51,796 nt of DNA from a virus: the IMG/VR virus record IMGVR_UViG_3300036945_001058. The stretch is one strand, 5' to 3'. The notes below the pieces were generated by a model. It ran no database searches, had not been told where the DNA came from, and saw only the letters and a list, made by a program, of their open reading frames with translations. A program made the position numbers and the translations under genes. Shown here one piece after another: positions 16,706 through 26,995 of the stretch (positions are counted from its first letter, which is position 1; each line of letters starts with the position of its first letter).

Positions 16706-17035
16706 ATGGATAAGATTTATTCAAGAAAGGATATGGTAGATGCTATATCAAAAGTAGAAGAGTTGACAATTTTAAATGCCGAGTTGGAAGAACTTCTTTA
16801 TCGTGGAAGCAATGACGAGAAGTTGGTTGAGAGAAAAAGAGAATTGGAGGTTTCAGTACGTAATTATAAGACTGCTTTACCCAACTTAGATACAAAAAAT
16901 CTTGTAGAAAACACAGTAGAAGAAGATTTAATTTCTCTCAAAGCAGATTACGATTTTGTGGTTTCAAGGTACAAGCAAAGGAAAATAGATTTGGAAACAA
17001 TAATTAGAAGTTATACAAATGGCAACTCTGATTAA
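16706..17035 (+). CDS. Hypothetical coiled-coil protein
   Basis: ORF track. Confidence 0.6.
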   Translation: MDKIYSRKDMVDAISKVEELTILNAELEELLYRGSNDEKLVERKRELEVSVRNYKTALPNLDTKNLVENTVEEDLISLKADYDFVVSRYKQRKIDLETIIRSYTNGNSD

Positions 17036-17282
17036 AAAATGTGCAAACCCAACATGTGCTGATATAATCGGAAGATTAGAAAGACCTAATAAAAAGTTTT
17101 GCTCACAAGAATGTAAGACAAGATACCATAATGATAATTCAAAAAAAGGTGTGGTAACTTGGGAAAAGATATTGGATAACTATAAAGACCTGCCGAGCGA
17201 ACCTTTTATTCCTTTTCCGAAATGGCTTAAAGAAAATTATTATCCACCAAGAGTTATAAAACAAAAAAAAATAACATTATGA
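17019..17282 (+). CDS. Zinc-finger hypothetical protein
   Basis: CANPTC...KKFCSQEC. Confidence 0.65.
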   Translation: MATLIKKCANPTCADIIGRLERPNKKFCSQECKTRYHNDNSKKGVVTWEKILDNYKDLPSEPFIPFPKWLKENYYPPRVIKQKKITL

Positions 17283-18016
17283 ACATTACAAAACCAATCG
17301 TCTTTTTTGACATCGAGTCAACTGGCTTAGATTTATCAAAAGATAAGGCTATCTCTATCGCAACCCTTAAAATAGATTTAGAGGGTAAAAGCGAAGAAAA
17401 GAAAATCTTAATTAACCCTGAAATGGCAATTCCAAAACAAGCGTCAGACATACACGGCATTACAGATGAAATGGTTGCTGATGCGCCTACGTTTAAGCAA
17501 ATTTCAAAATCTTTGTTTGCTTACTTTGAGAATTGTGATGTCGGAGGATTTAACTCTGATTATTATGACGTTCCTCTTTTAATGAAAGAGTTTAGCAGAT
17601 GCGGAATAGAATTTCCTACTTGGGAAATAAATTTAGTAGATGTGTTGAAGTTTGAAAGAATGTTGAACTCGAATAAACTTGAAGAGGTTTATAAGAGATA
17701 CACAGGTAAGGTTTTAGAAGGTGCGCACGACGCTTTAAATGACGTTAGAGCGACTTTTGAAATTTTAATGTGTCAATTGCAAAAACACCAAAAAAACGAC
17801 CTTACACCACAAGAAATTGATTTAATGTGTCAAGGAGAGAGAAAGCGTTTTGATTTAAGTGGTAAAACATACTTAAATGCAAGTGGAGAAGTTTGTTGGT
17901 CAATCGGTAAGAATGCTAATAATCCTGTAACGAAAGATACTGCCTACTTAAACTGGGTGCTTAACAGTGATTTTCCAGAAGAAACAAAAGCTAAATTAAG
18001 AACTCTTTTAAAATAA
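17279..18016 (+). CDS. DEDDh 3'-5' exonuclease (DNA Pol III epsilon-like)
   Basis: FFDIESTG, IHGIT, FNSDYYD, AHDALND. Confidence 0.92.
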   Translation: MNITKPIVFFDIESTGLDLSKDKAISIATLKIDLEGKSEEKKILINPEMAIPKQASDIHGITDEMVADAPTFKQISKSLFAYFENCDVGGFNSDYYDVPLLMKEFSRCGIEFPTWEINLVDVLKFERMLNSNKLEEVYKRYTGKVLEGAHDALNDVRATFEILMCQLQKHQKNDLTPQEIDLMCQGERKRFDLSGKTYLNASGEVCWSIGKNANNPVTKDTAYLNWVLNSDFPEETKAKLRTLLK

Positions 18017-18061
18017 AATGACAACGGTAATTATTAAAAAAATAACAAAAAATAACAAAAA

Positions 18062-19216
18062 ATGAGCCAAGAAATTGACAATTTAATCGAAAAAGGATTA
18101 ATCGAAAAAACAAAAGGAGATTACATCAGAGAAAAATTCCAAGACTTTAGAAAAGCAGTCGAAGAATGGTCTGAAAGAGCATATTCTATAGTTGTGACCG
18201 AAGAAACTCAAAAAGAGTTGATGGCAGAAGCTAAAGAAGGTAGGGTGCTACTTAAAGCTAAAAGAATTGAAGTTGAAAAAGTTAGAAAGTCTTTAAAAGA
18301 GCAATCTCTAAACGAAGGTAGGCTCATTGACAGTGTAGCTAAAGATTTAACTGGACTGATAGAGCCAGCAGAAAAGCATTTAGAGCTTCAAGAAAAATTT
18401 ATCGAAATTCAAGAGCAAAATAAACGTATTCAATTAAAAGCGGACAGAACCTTATTACTACAACCCTACAAAGACGTAATAGACCCGAATTCTATTCAGT
18501 TGGACTTGATTACAGAAGAAGCGTTTACGAGTATTCTTAACGGAGCTAGATTCGCTTTAGAAAGCAAAAAAGCCGAAGCTTTAAGGATTGAGAAAGAAAA
18601 AAAAGAAAATGCTCGTAAAGAAGTTTTATTTCAAGAAAGAAGATTAGAGGTTGTGGAGTATAAGAGTTTTTATGACTCAAAAAAAGATATAATCCTTACC
18701 AGGGAAACCGAGCAGTCGGATTTCGATTCTTTAATCAATGATTTAAAATTTAGGAGCAATGAGCATTTAAAAGCTCAAGCAAAATTAGCAAAAGAAAATG
18801 AAGCACTTAAGAAGCAAAACGAAAAAAAAGCACAGCAGATAAAACAACTTAAACAAGATGTTAAACAAGCTCCTATAATTGCTCAACAAACTACAAATAC
18901 ACAAAGTATTACAGACTGTGCTTCGCCTTTAAACGAAATTAATTCTACTGACGTAATGTCTTGTAGTGAGGGAGTAATCGAAACAACGCCAAATATAGCT
19001 ACAGTAATGGCGAAAGAGCCTCTTGATTTAGTTTTTGTTGATACTGAAGATGAAAACATTATAATAGTTAACCGTTTTGAGTATGAAGTTTTAAAAAAGA
19101 GATATGATATAGCAAAAACAGCTATGGCATCGGTATTGATGTTTGTTGTTCCCCAAAATTTAAGAGATTTAATCAATAAAGCAATTAATGATATTGCGGA
19201 AGCAGACCGAAAATAA
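18062..19216 (+). CDS. Coiled-coil phage protein (DUF1351-like)
   Basis: AKEGRVLLKAKRIEVEKVRKSLKE...GRLIDSVAK...IEPAE. Confidence 0.5.
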   Translation: MSQEIDNLIEKGLIEKTKGDYIREKFQDFRKAVEEWSERAYSIVVTEETQKELMAEAKEGRVLLKAKRIEVEKVRKSLKEQSLNEGRLIDSVAKDLTGLIEPAEKHLELQEKFIEIQEQNKRIQLKADRTLLLQPYKDVIDPNSIQLDLITEEAFTSILNGARFALESKKAEALRIEKEKKENARKEVLFQERRLEVVEYKSFYDSKKDIILTRETEQSDFDSLINDLKFRSNEHLKAQAKLAKENEALKKQNEKKAQQIKQLKQDVKQAPIIAQQTTNTQSITDCASPLNEINSTDVMSCSEGVIETTPNIATVMAKEPLDLVFVDTEDENIIIVNRFEYEVLKKRYDIAKTAMASVLMFVVPQNLRDLINKAINDIAEADRK

Positions 19217-19254
19217 GGTTATATACTTATAATATTAAATATTATAAAAAATAT

Positions 19255-19285
19255 TTGATATTATAAGTAATATTTTGTAATTTTG
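19255..19285 (+). promoter_or_regulatory. Bacteroidota primary-sigma promoter
   Basis: TTTG ... TAATTTTG (19278-19285). Confidence 0.6.
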
Positions 19286-19299
19286 ACGGATAAAAAACT

Positions 19300-19506
19300 A
19301 TGGATATATTTAAAAAAGCACTTTTGCACTATGTTGTTGGAGTGCTTATTTCAGCAAGTATTGTATTTTTAATAATCGCTTTTGACTATTTTGTCAATGG
19401 TTATTATTTGTACCCAGAATTAAACAACTTTGTTAAAGTTTGTCTCATAAGCGGTGTTGGGTTTGGGCTAACTCATTTCGTGTCTACACAATTTAAACCA
19501 GTCTAA
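19300..19506 (+). CDS. Two-TM membrane protein
   Basis: Two hydrophobic helices. Confidence 0.65.
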   Translation: MDIFKKALLHYVVGVLISASIVFLIIAFDYFVNGYYLYPELNNFVKVCLISGVGFGLTHFVSTQFKPV

Positions 19507-19535
19507 AAAAAAACTAACCAAAAACCAAAAAAACA

Positions 19536-20057
19536 ATGAAAAAATTATTATTAAACTTAGTGTTTCTTATCTCTTTAAGTGCTTTTTCACAAACTAGCTT
19601 TCCTTTTATAATAGAGCATTGCAAGGATAAAATGACGGATAAAGAGTATTACTTTGCGCAAAGAAAACTTATTTGCTCCAACCCTGAAAAAACAAAGGGT
19701 TTTATTGTGATTCCAAATTTTAAAGCAGAAAATGGAGTTTTGAAAAACAATGGATTTATATGCGAAAATGTAAACATTGGCTCTTGTGATGACAAAGACA
19801 ATTTGATAATTTTGTTTGAAGATGATACCAAAATCATCTTAACCTCTTGGAATAAGTTTAATTGTGACGGGAATGCTTATTTCGACCTTAGCGAAAATCA
19901 GTTGGTTGACCTTTCAATAAAAAAAGTAAATGCAATTAGGTTTTCTAATGGCTATTCACACGAAAGCTTAACTGTTGATTTAAAGCAAGACCAAAAAGAT
20001 TATTTTGTAAGGGCTTTTTCCAATCCAAAAATAGTAGAAGTAGATTGTTCAAAATAA
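19536..20057 (+). CDS. Secreted hypothetical protein
   Basis: Signal peptide MKKLLL...SAFSQ (Bacteroidota-style +1 Gln). Confidence 0.7.
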   Translation: MKKLLLNLVFLISLSAFSQTSFPFIIEHCKDKMTDKEYYFAQRKLICSNPEKTKGFIVIPNFKAENGVLKNNGFICENVNIGSCDDKDNLIILFEDDTKIILTSWNKFNCDGNAYFDLSENQLVDLSIKKVNAIRFSNGYSHESLTVDLKQDQKDYFVRAFSNPKIVEVDCSK

Positions 20058-20084
20058 AATATTAATCATAAAAAAAAATAAATT

Positions 20085-20522
20085 ATGGGAGTTTTGAAAA
20101 AAGTTTGGAATTGGTTTTTTTGTAGTCAAAAAACAAAAGCGTTTGATTCTTTAAAAGAAGAAAGATTGACAGTGGTTTATAAAAAAAGAGAAGATGAAAT
20201 TCAACATACTTTTACTCAAGTCGAAAACAAGCCTAAAGAAAACATTTTCTTAACGAAAAAAATAAAAAAAGAAGGTTTTAGAAGAGCTGTTGGCGATGAG
20301 TCTTTAGATAAAATAAAAAAATACTTGATTAAAAACGGTTCTATTGATACTGTTACCTGTCAAAAGCAGTTCAATATAAAAAGCTTGCGTAATTTCATTT
20401 GGATTTTAAGAAAAGATGGCTTAGACATTAAAACCCAAAAAATAGAAGTTTACAATGATTCGGCTGAAAAAATAAAAGCTGTAAATTATATATTGCTTTC
20501 GAAAAATACAATTATTAGCTAA
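20085..20522 (+). CDS. Winged-helix HTH domain protein
   Basis: IKKYLIKNGSI...FNIKSLRNFIWILRKDGLDI. Confidence 0.6.
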   Translation: MGVLKKVWNWFFCSQKTKAFDSLKEERLTVVYKKREDEIQHTFTQVENKPKENIFLTKKIKKEGFRRAVGDESLDKIKKYLIKNGSIDTVTCQKQFNIKSLRNFIWILRKDGLDIKTQKIEVYNDSAEKIKAVNYILLSKNTIIS

Positions 20523-20573
20523 AAAAAACGCTATTTTTGTTGGCTTTAACGTTATAACCATAAAAATTAAAAA

Positions 20574-20801
20574 ATGCAAAAAATACAGATAGAAGTAACT
20601 AAATTATACAAGATACTTTCAGATAGAAGTATGACTCAAAAAGACTTACACAAATTAATAGGAGAATCTAACAATGGGAAGTCTATTTCTATGTACATTT
20701 TAAATGAAATTGTAAACGGCAAACGAAAAAACTATAATATTAATACTGCCATTTTAATTAGCAATGCACTTAATCTTCCAATTGATGACATAGTTGACTA
20801 A
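20574..20801 (+). CDS. XRE/Cro-family HTH regulator
   Basis: MTQKDL...LNEIVNGK...ISNALNLPIDDI. Confidence 0.8.
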   Translation: MQKIQIEVTKLYKILSDRSMTQKDLHKLIGESNNGKSISMYILNEIVNGKRKNYNINTAILISNALNLPIDDIVD

Positions 20802-21517
20802 TGGAAATAATAGACTTCATTAATGATTTAAGAAAAATGGGTGGTCAATATTACGATATTTGGCTTCCTATAATTGTGCGATTTCATAAGGAAGAAACTG
20901 TAGTTATTAAAATAAACGTGCCTTTAAACGTTCCGAAAACAACTTATCATAGGGTTATAAAATATGGTCTTTCTGTATTTCCAAAACACGTCACTTCTTA
21001 TGTTTTGACTAAAACCTACAGTAGTTTTATATTGAGCAAAAAAGAGGTTAATTGCCAAGAATTTGCATCAAAAAATCAACAACCAATTGAAATTGCAGAA
21101 ATTGTTCCAAAGCAAATACAAACGGTTGTAGAGCTGATTGAAGAAAAACCAAAAGCACAAAGAAAAAAATCAAACGAAAGTTCGTATGATAATGAGGTTT
21201 ATGAAACAATAATTGACTACCTTAATCAATCGACAGGAAAGAATTATAAACACAAATCTACAATTAATCGAAAATTCATTACATCAAGGCTTAATGATGG
21301 TTTTACAGTAGATGATTTTAAAAAGGTTATCGAAGTAAAAAGCATTAACTGGTTAGGAGGCAAAATGGAGCAATTTTTAAGACCTGAAACATTATTTTCT
21401 AACAAGTTTGAATCGTATTTGAATGAAAACGTAATTTCTAATACGCCAAACTCTAATTTAAAAAACACTTATGACCAAGTTAATCTCGCAACAGAATTCT
21501 TTAATAGTCAAGAATAA
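20801..21517 (+). CDS. Phage replication initiator / conserved phage C-terminal domain protein
   Basis: IIDYLN..TGK.Y...RLNDGFTVDDFKKVI..K...W.G...FLRPETLFSNKFESYLN. Confidence 0.85.
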   Translation: MEIIDFINDLRKMGGQYYDIWLPIIVRFHKEETVVIKINVPLNVPKTTYHRVIKYGLSVFPKHVTSYVLTKTYSSFILSKKEVNCQEFASKNQQPIEIAEIVPKQIQTVVELIEEKPKAQRKKSNESSYDNEVYETIIDYLNQSTGKNYKHKSTINRKFITSRLNDGFTVDDFKKVIEVKSINWLGGKMEQFLRPETLFSNKFESYLNENVISNTPNSNLKNTYDQVNLATEFFNSQE

Positions 21518-22328
21518 CATTGTTGTTGGTAATTTGCCAAATACTAACGCAAATGACATTCTTATATACAACAAAAAACAAACCGATAGAAAGTTAAAAG
21601 AAATCAGTAACTCCGATAAAGAGGAAATGACTGAAATAACCAAAGCAATCGCTCAATGGGGATATGCTTTAGGTATCACAGTATTATCGCAGGACTTAGT
21701 TTTACTTAATAATTTTGTGAGAGAGAATTTTCCAAACATAAATATTTTTGATTTAAAGGTTTGTGTAAAGCTCGTTTCTATTGACTCTGATTTACTTGAA
21801 ACAGATGCCGAGCATTATGGTAAATTAACTATGATTTACGTTTCAAAAGTTTTAAAAGCTTATGAAAAATACAAAGGAACAGTTTGTTTTGGCGTGAGAG
21901 AAAAGGTTTTGAAATTAGAGCATGATAATAAGCCTCCAATGTCAAAAGAAGAACGCTTAAAAAACTTCAAAAAACTATTAACTGATGCCAAAAACACAAT
22001 TAATAACGGAGATTTTTTTGAAGATTTAGGCGAAGTAGTTTATAATTTTGTCAAGTTTAATAAATTAATGCCGATAACAAAAGGAAATATAGACCAAAAC
22101 TTGATTGACAAAGCAATGGAGAGTGGCGAGATAGAATTTAAGTCTTACGTTAGCGATAGTAAGCGTGGAAACTTAAAGAAAATAATTAATGACGTTTCTT
22201 TTACTTCGACAAAAAAAGAGGAAATGGTGAGACGTTACGCAAGAAGATATGTTGCTCAATTATGGGTGGAAAAAATGAATTTAGAACCATTATTAAAAAA
22301 TTTAACCTATGAAATGCTTTTATATTAG
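21471..22328 (+). CDS. Hypothetical protein, probably replication-associated
   Basis: Overlaps the initiator gene; called from position only. Confidence 0.5.
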   Translation: MTKLISQQNSLIVKNNIVVGNLPNTNANDILIYNKKQTDRKLKEISNSDKEEMTEITKAIAQWGYALGITVLSQDLVLLNNFVRENFPNINIFDLKVCVKLVSIDSDLLETDAEHYGKLTMIYVSKVLKAYEKYKGTVCFGVREKVLKLEHDNKPPMSKEERLKNFKKLLTDAKNTINNGDFFEDLGEVVYNFVKFNKLMPITKGNIDQNLIDKAMESGEIEFKSYVSDSKRGNLKKIINDVSFTSTKKEEMVRRYARRYVAQLWVEKMNLEPLLKNLTYEMLLY

Positions 22329-22364
22329 AAATAATATTTATTTTTACAAACAATAATTATTTTT

Positions 22365-22673
22365 ATGGTTTGTAAAGGTGTCATATTAGATATAATTCCC
22401 GTAGCCGATACGGTTGTTCAGGTTGTGATAAGGTTTAAGAAAGATGATTCTTATTTCCCTATTGCTTTTACGGCTTATAAAGAAATCAAAATCCTTATTC
22501 AACAAGTAAGAATGGAAAAAGGAGATACCGTCAAAATTCAATATTACTTAAAATCTAAAAAATGGCAAGACAAATACTTTACAAGTGCCATAATAGAAAA
22601 AATACAAATAACTGCCAAGAAGCCATCTCAACATTTACTTGTTGATTTAGCAACTGGAGAAATAATTGGTTAA
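22365..22673 (+). CDS. OB-fold/DUF3127-like protein
   Basis: KGVILDI...PIAF...GDTVKI...KWQDKYFT; resembles 22989. Confidence 0.55.
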   Translation: MVCKGVILDIIPVADTVVQVVIRFKKDDSYFPIAFTAYKEIKILIQQVRMEKGDTVKIQYYLKSKKWQDKYFTSAIIEKIQITAKKPSQHLLVDLATGEIIG

Positions 22674-22687
22674 AAAAAACACAGAAT

Positions 22688-22951
22688 ATGTTAGGTTATG
22701 AATTTTTAAAAAGTATTTTTAGAATAACTGTTTTTGGGTTTTATCCCGAATCAAAATATACTTCTGTAAATACTTTTGAAGAAAGAGTAAATATTTGTCG
22801 TTCCTGCGAATTTTGTCAAACAGTAAAATCTCAATTTAAAGAGGTTTATTTTGACGACCGTTGTGTTAAGGGTTTACCAAACGCAGAAAATTTTGATATA
22901 TTCGACCACGCTAAACACGAAAATAGAAAATGTCCAATTAACAAGTGGTAA
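22688..22951 (+). CDS. Cys-rich hypothetical protein
   Basis: ERVNICRSC...KCPINKW. Confidence 0.65.
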   Translation: MLGYEFLKSIFRITVFGFYPESKYTSVNTFEERVNICRSCEFCQTVKSQFKEVYFDDRCVKGLPNAENFDIFDHAKHENRKCPINKW

Positions 22952-22988
22952 TAAAAAAAATAAATTAAAAACAACAAATTAAAATACT

Positions 22989-23279
22989 ATGGAAATTTCA
23001 GGAAAAATTAAAGTTATAAACCTAACTAAAGAGGTTTCAGATACTTTTAAAAAAAGAGAATTAGTTGTGACCACCGATGAGCAATATCCACAGCACATAC
23101 TAATTGATTTTGTGCAGGATAAATGTGCAATCCTCGATAGTTATAAAATTGGAGATAGCGTTAGCGTTTCCATAAACGTTAGAGGCAAGGAATATACCAA
23201 CAAAAACGGAGAAGTAAATTATTTCAACCAACTTCAAGGTTGGAAAATAGAAAGAACAGGTTCGGCAGTTCAGTCTTAA
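22989..23279 (+). CDS. DUF3127 (Bacteroidota SSB-like) protein
   Basis: FKKRELVVTTDEQYPQ...INVRGKEY...YFNQLQGWKIE. Confidence 0.9.
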   Translation: MEISGKIKVINLTKEVSDTFKKRELVVTTDEQYPQHILIDFVQDKCAILDSYKIGDSVSVSINVRGKEYTNKNGEVNYFNQLQGWKIERTGSAVQS

Positions 23280-23292
23280 AAAAACAACAACT

Positions 23293-23535
23293 ATGCCAAA
23301 TAAATTAGTAAGGGTACAGGTTTCTTCTCCAAGAGAAAGCGAAAACTCGATTGGGGTATTAGTTCATTTAAGATTTGACGAAAAAGGTAGAAATATTTCG
23401 GCAATCGATTTACAGTGGTTTCCTAAAAGCTTATGTAGTCTTGAAAAAATAGAACCAGAAGATAGTTCAAAAGATTTACCTTCGTATTTTTTGAATGCAC
23501 CGAAATGGTTAATTGATAAAAAAATTAAAAAATAA
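23293..23535 (+). CDS. Hypothetical protein
   Basis: WFPKS motif; ORF track. Confidence 0.6.
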   Translation: MPNKLVRVQVSSPRESENSIGVLVHLRFDEKGRNISAIDLQWFPKSLCSLEKIEPEDSSKDLPSYFLNAPKWLIDKKIKK

Positions 23536-23539
23536 AGTT

Positions 23540-23845
23540 ATGGCTTTTCACATCGGAGATAGAGTCGTTTGCGTAGATTCGTCTATGCTTTCTGAATCAG
23601 TAGCCGAAATAAAAAGAACTGTTCCTAATTGGGTCGTTCAAGACAAAGAATATACTATTAGAGGCTTTCAAGAAAATGACGGAATAGCTTTAGGCATATT
23701 GCTTGAAGAAATTACAAATCCCATTGTTTTTATCCCAATACTTAAAAGATTTCAAGAACCCGCATTTGCAGAATGGAGATTTAGAAAATTAGCTTCAAGC
23801 GAAGCTATGGTAGAAGTTAATTCTGAAATTTTAGAAATGGTTTAA
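23540..23845 (+). CDS. Hypothetical protein
   Basis: MAFHIGDRVVCVD...RFRKL. Confidence 0.65.
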   Translation: MAFHIGDRVVCVDSSMLSESVAEIKRTVPNWVVQDKEYTIRGFQENDGIALGILLEEITNPIVFIPILKRFQEPAFAEWRFRKLASSEAMVEVNSEILEMV

Positions 23846-23888
23846 TCACTTTAAATAACCAATTAACAAATAAAATAAAAACAAACCA

Positions 23889-24515
23889 ATGAAATTTATA
23901 TTAGGAATACCAACGATTAATAGAGCCGACCTTTTAAATGAAGCTTTGGCTAAGTATTTTGAAGACTTTAAAGAAACTGAAATATTTATAGTTGACAATG
24001 GCAATCAAGAAATAATTACAAGAGAAAAAAACTTTGTTATTTATCGACCAGAAAACAATCTTAATGTTTCTGGAAGTTGGAATTTGATTATGGATTATGC
24101 TAAAAAAGTAAATGCGACTCACGTTCTTATGTTGAACGATGATGTTTATTTAGGAAAAACAGAATTAGAAATAAAAACCGTTTTGAGGCTTTGGGGAACT
24201 GCGCCTTTTTTTAATTCAGAAATGAATTGGTGTAGTTTTATAATGTCAATTGATGGTTTTAAAGAAGTGGGTGCTTTTGATGAAAGTTTATTCCCGAATT
24301 ACTTTAATGACAATGATTTGTTTTACCGTATGAAGTTGTTAAATATGCCTATGATTTATACAGCTATGCTAAACCCTGTTATATATCGAAACAGTATGAC
24401 AATTGCGAAAGACCCGACCTTAAATACAAGGTTTTTAGAGTATCGTCAAAACTACATAAATAAATGGGGTGGACTTCCGAATGAAGAAACTTATTTAACC
24501 CCTTTTAATAAGTAG
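23889..24515 (+). CDS. Glycosyltransferase family 2
   Basis: IVDNG, SWN, LNDD, VGAFDE...YFNDND. Confidence 0.88.
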   Translation: MKFILGIPTINRADLLNEALAKYFEDFKETEIFIVDNGNQEIITREKNFVIYRPENNLNVSGSWNLIMDYAKKVNATHVLMLNDDVYLGKTELEIKTVLRLWGTAPFFNSEMNWCSFIMSIDGFKEVGAFDESLFPNYFNDNDLFYRMKLLNMPMIYTAMLNPVIYRNSMTIAKDPTLNTRFLEYRQNYINKWGGLPNEETYLTPFNK

Positions 24516-24518
24516 GCA

Positions 24519-25232
24519 ATGAATAGAAACACTAAAAAAAAGTTAACGGCTTGTATAATACCTTTTTACAACGAATCATTTGATAATGTATTTTCAAACA
24601 TAAACGAGGTTTTAAAATCTAAAGGTATAAATAAAGTAATAGTAGTAGATGATGGTTCTAAAGATGATATTTGTTACAGAAATTTACAGTTCGCTTTTTA
24701 CAACAGCCAAACAGTTCTTATAAAAAGAATACATTATAATTACGGTAAAACATTTGCAGTTTATCACGCTTTGCAATACGCTTCCGAAGACACTATTTTA
24801 CTATGTGATTCGGATTTAAAAAACTTAAACAGCGCAGAGATTGATTTTGCTTTGGAAAGGTATTTATCTCTAGGCTCAAGAATGATGATTTTAAGAAGGT
24901 TTAAAACAAGTTTTTTTTTAAAATTACTAAGGACAGACACTCTGTTATCTGGAGAAAGAATATTGCAGAAAAAAGACCTTGTAAATGTAATTATGTTAGG
25001 TGCAAAAAACTATCAATTAGAAGTAGCAATCAATCAATATTTTTTATCAAACAATCTTAATGAAAAATGCTTTTGGTCTCCGAGTTCTGCTATAAACAAT
25101 TACAAGTATAGAAAACTTAAATTTCTAAAAGGAATCTTTAAAGATTTGCTAATGTATTTTAATATATTAAACTACATTGGTGTTGATAATTACATTAAAC
25201 ACATTTTTCATTTTTGTAAACAAAAAGCATAA
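24519..25232 (+). CDS. Glycosyltransferase family 2
   Basis: IIPFYNE, VVDDGSKD, NYGK, DSD, SGER. Confidence 0.88.
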   Translation: MNRNTKKKLTACIIPFYNESFDNVFSNINEVLKSKGINKVIVVDDGSKDDICYRNLQFAFYNSQTVLIKRIHYNYGKTFAVYHALQYASEDTILLCDSDLKNLNSAEIDFALERYLSLGSRMMILRRFKTSFFLKLLRTDTLLSGERILQKKDLVNVIMLGAKNYQLEVAINQYFLSNNLNEKCFWSPSSAINNYKYRKLKFLKGIFKDLLMYFNILNYIGVDNYIKHIFHFCKQKA

Positions 25233-25241
25233 AAAATAATT

Positions 25242-25958
25242 ATGAATGCAAATAAATTAAATCACAAAAAAATATGCGTCATTCTACACCTTTACTATGT
25301 TGATTTATGGGGTTGTTTCTTGCCTTACTTAAAATTAATTGATACTGATATTGATTTGTATGTTACAATCACAGACGGTCATTCAGGTCAATTTACAGAT
25401 ATTCACGATGCAGTAAATTTACATTTTCCACAAGCGTATATTTATTCATTACCCAATAGAGGAATGGATATTGCACCTTTTCTGTATGTAATGAACGAAA
25501 TTTATTTAAGTAAAAAAACTTATGATGTAATGATTAAGCTTCATAGTAAAAAAAGCTTGGCTCACGGATTTGAACTTGGAGAGCGTTGGAGAAATCAGTT
25601 AACAGATGCCTTGTTGGGTTCGCTTCCGAAACTACAAAATAATTACCTTGCCTGCATAGGGTCTGATAATTATATGATTGGAAGTTCGGCTTGGATTCAA
25701 ACACAAAGCGTAATTGGTTATGAGCAACAATTTTTTAATCAGCCAATAACGTTCTCCGATTATGAATTTGTCGCAGGAACGATGTTTATGGCTGATTTTT
25801 ATTTGATAATGGATTGGTTTGTTCTCGAAAGTATTTACGATAGATTTTATAAAGAATTTCAAGATGGTTATATTGGAGATGGCTCAATAGCACATCAACT
25901 TGAAAGGGTATTGGGTTGTTTGGTAAAATTAAGAGGAAAAAAAATTTTAAAGGCGTAA
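25242..25958 (+). CDS. Rhamnan synthesis F (RgpF/WsaE-like) glycosyltransferase domain
   Basis: HLYYVDL, NRGMDIAPF, KLHSKKS, FVAGTMF, AHQLER. Confidence 0.85.
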   Translation: MNANKLNHKKICVILHLYYVDLWGCFLPYLKLIDTDIDLYVTITDGHSGQFTDIHDAVNLHFPQAYIYSLPNRGMDIAPFLYVMNEIYLSKKTYDVMIKLHSKKSLAHGFELGERWRNQLTDALLGSLPKLQNNYLACIGSDNYMIGSSAWIQTQSVIGYEQQFFNQPITFSDYEFVAGTMFMADFYLIMDWFVLESIYDRFYKEFQDGYIGDGSIAHQLERVLGCLVKLRGKKILKA

Positions 25959-25961
25959 ATT

Positions 25962-26663
25962 ATGGCAGAAGGAGTTCATAAAATCACTCAAGATTTTGAA
26001 AAAGAGTTGGCAAGATATACTGGCGCACCGTATGTAATTTGTGTTGATAATCAAAGCAACGGTTTGTTTTTAGCTTTGTATTATTGGATTCACATTAAAA
26101 ATAAAAATGCTTTTTCTGGAGAATGGTTTGATAAATCTTTGTCAACGTTTTTAAGCCCACCCGTAATAAATGTTCCTCAAAGAACATATCCATCAGTTCC
26201 TTGTGAAGTAATTCACGCAGGGGCAAAGGTTAATTTCACAGAGGTAGTTGGCGAAACAATAAAAGGTGCTTATCAGCTTACACCTAGTCCAGTGTGGGAT
26301 TCAGCATTACGCTTTACGGCAGATATGTACATTCCTGATTCGATGATGTGTATTTCGTTTACGGGGGCTTACAAGCATTTTAAACTATCAAAAGGCGGTG
26401 CAATATTATTGGGCGATTTAGATGCCTACAATTGGCTAAAAAAAGCCCGTTTTAGCGGAAGAAGTGAATGTAGTTATCACGAAGACGATTTTGATGAAAA
26501 CCCTGTTGTTGGATGGAATTTTTATATGATGCCAGAGTTAGCTACTAGGGGTCTTTTACTTATAAATCAATTTTACAATTCTGACGGAACTAAAAAGCAT
26601 AATGAGGATTTGGAACTACCATATCCTGACTTGAGTAAATTTAAAATTTGGAAACAATGTTAA
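25962..26663 (+). CDS. Short DegT/DnrJ/EryC1/StrS-family aminotransferase
   Basis: FEKELARYTG, WDSA, SFTGAYKH (PLP lysine), GGAIL. Confidence 0.85.
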   Translation: MAEGVHKITQDFEKELARYTGAPYVICVDNQSNGLFLALYYWIHIKNKNAFSGEWFDKSLSTFLSPPVINVPQRTYPSVPCEVIHAGAKVNFTEVVGETIKGAYQLTPSPVWDSALRFTADMYIPDSMMCISFTGAYKHFKLSKGGAILLGDLDAYNWLKKARFSGRSECSYHEDDFDENPVVGWNFYMMPELATRGLLLINQFYNSDGTKKHNEDLELPYPDLSKFKIWKQC

Positions 26664-26995
26664 AAAAAAGTAAGGAATTAGTTCAATCTGACCTTAGTGG
26701 TAAACTTTCTATTTCAGAGATAAAACGACGCTTAGATAATTGCATTGATTTATACACCGATTTATTTTGTCAAAAACAAGAGGTTTATGCTGATGGTTGG
26801 ATTGGTCAAATAAAAGGAGGTATTAATTGTTTTGCTGAAGCTTTTTTGTCTTTTGAAGACATACGAACAGATTTAGAATTAGATGCTCCAAAAGGAATGA
26901 TTTTCTCTTGGTATTGGGACAATGTAGAAAATCAAGGAAAAGCAATTAATTATTATTCTTACATCAAAGGATTAAGAATTAAAGATATAAAATAA
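26657..26995 (+). CDS. Hypothetical protein
   Basis: ORF track. Confidence 0.6.
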   Translation: MLKKSKELVQSDLSGKLSISEIKRRLDNCIDLYTDLFCQKQEVYADGWIGQIKGGINCFAEAFLSFEDIRTDLELDAPKGMIFSWYWDNVENQGKAINYYSYIKGLRIKDIK

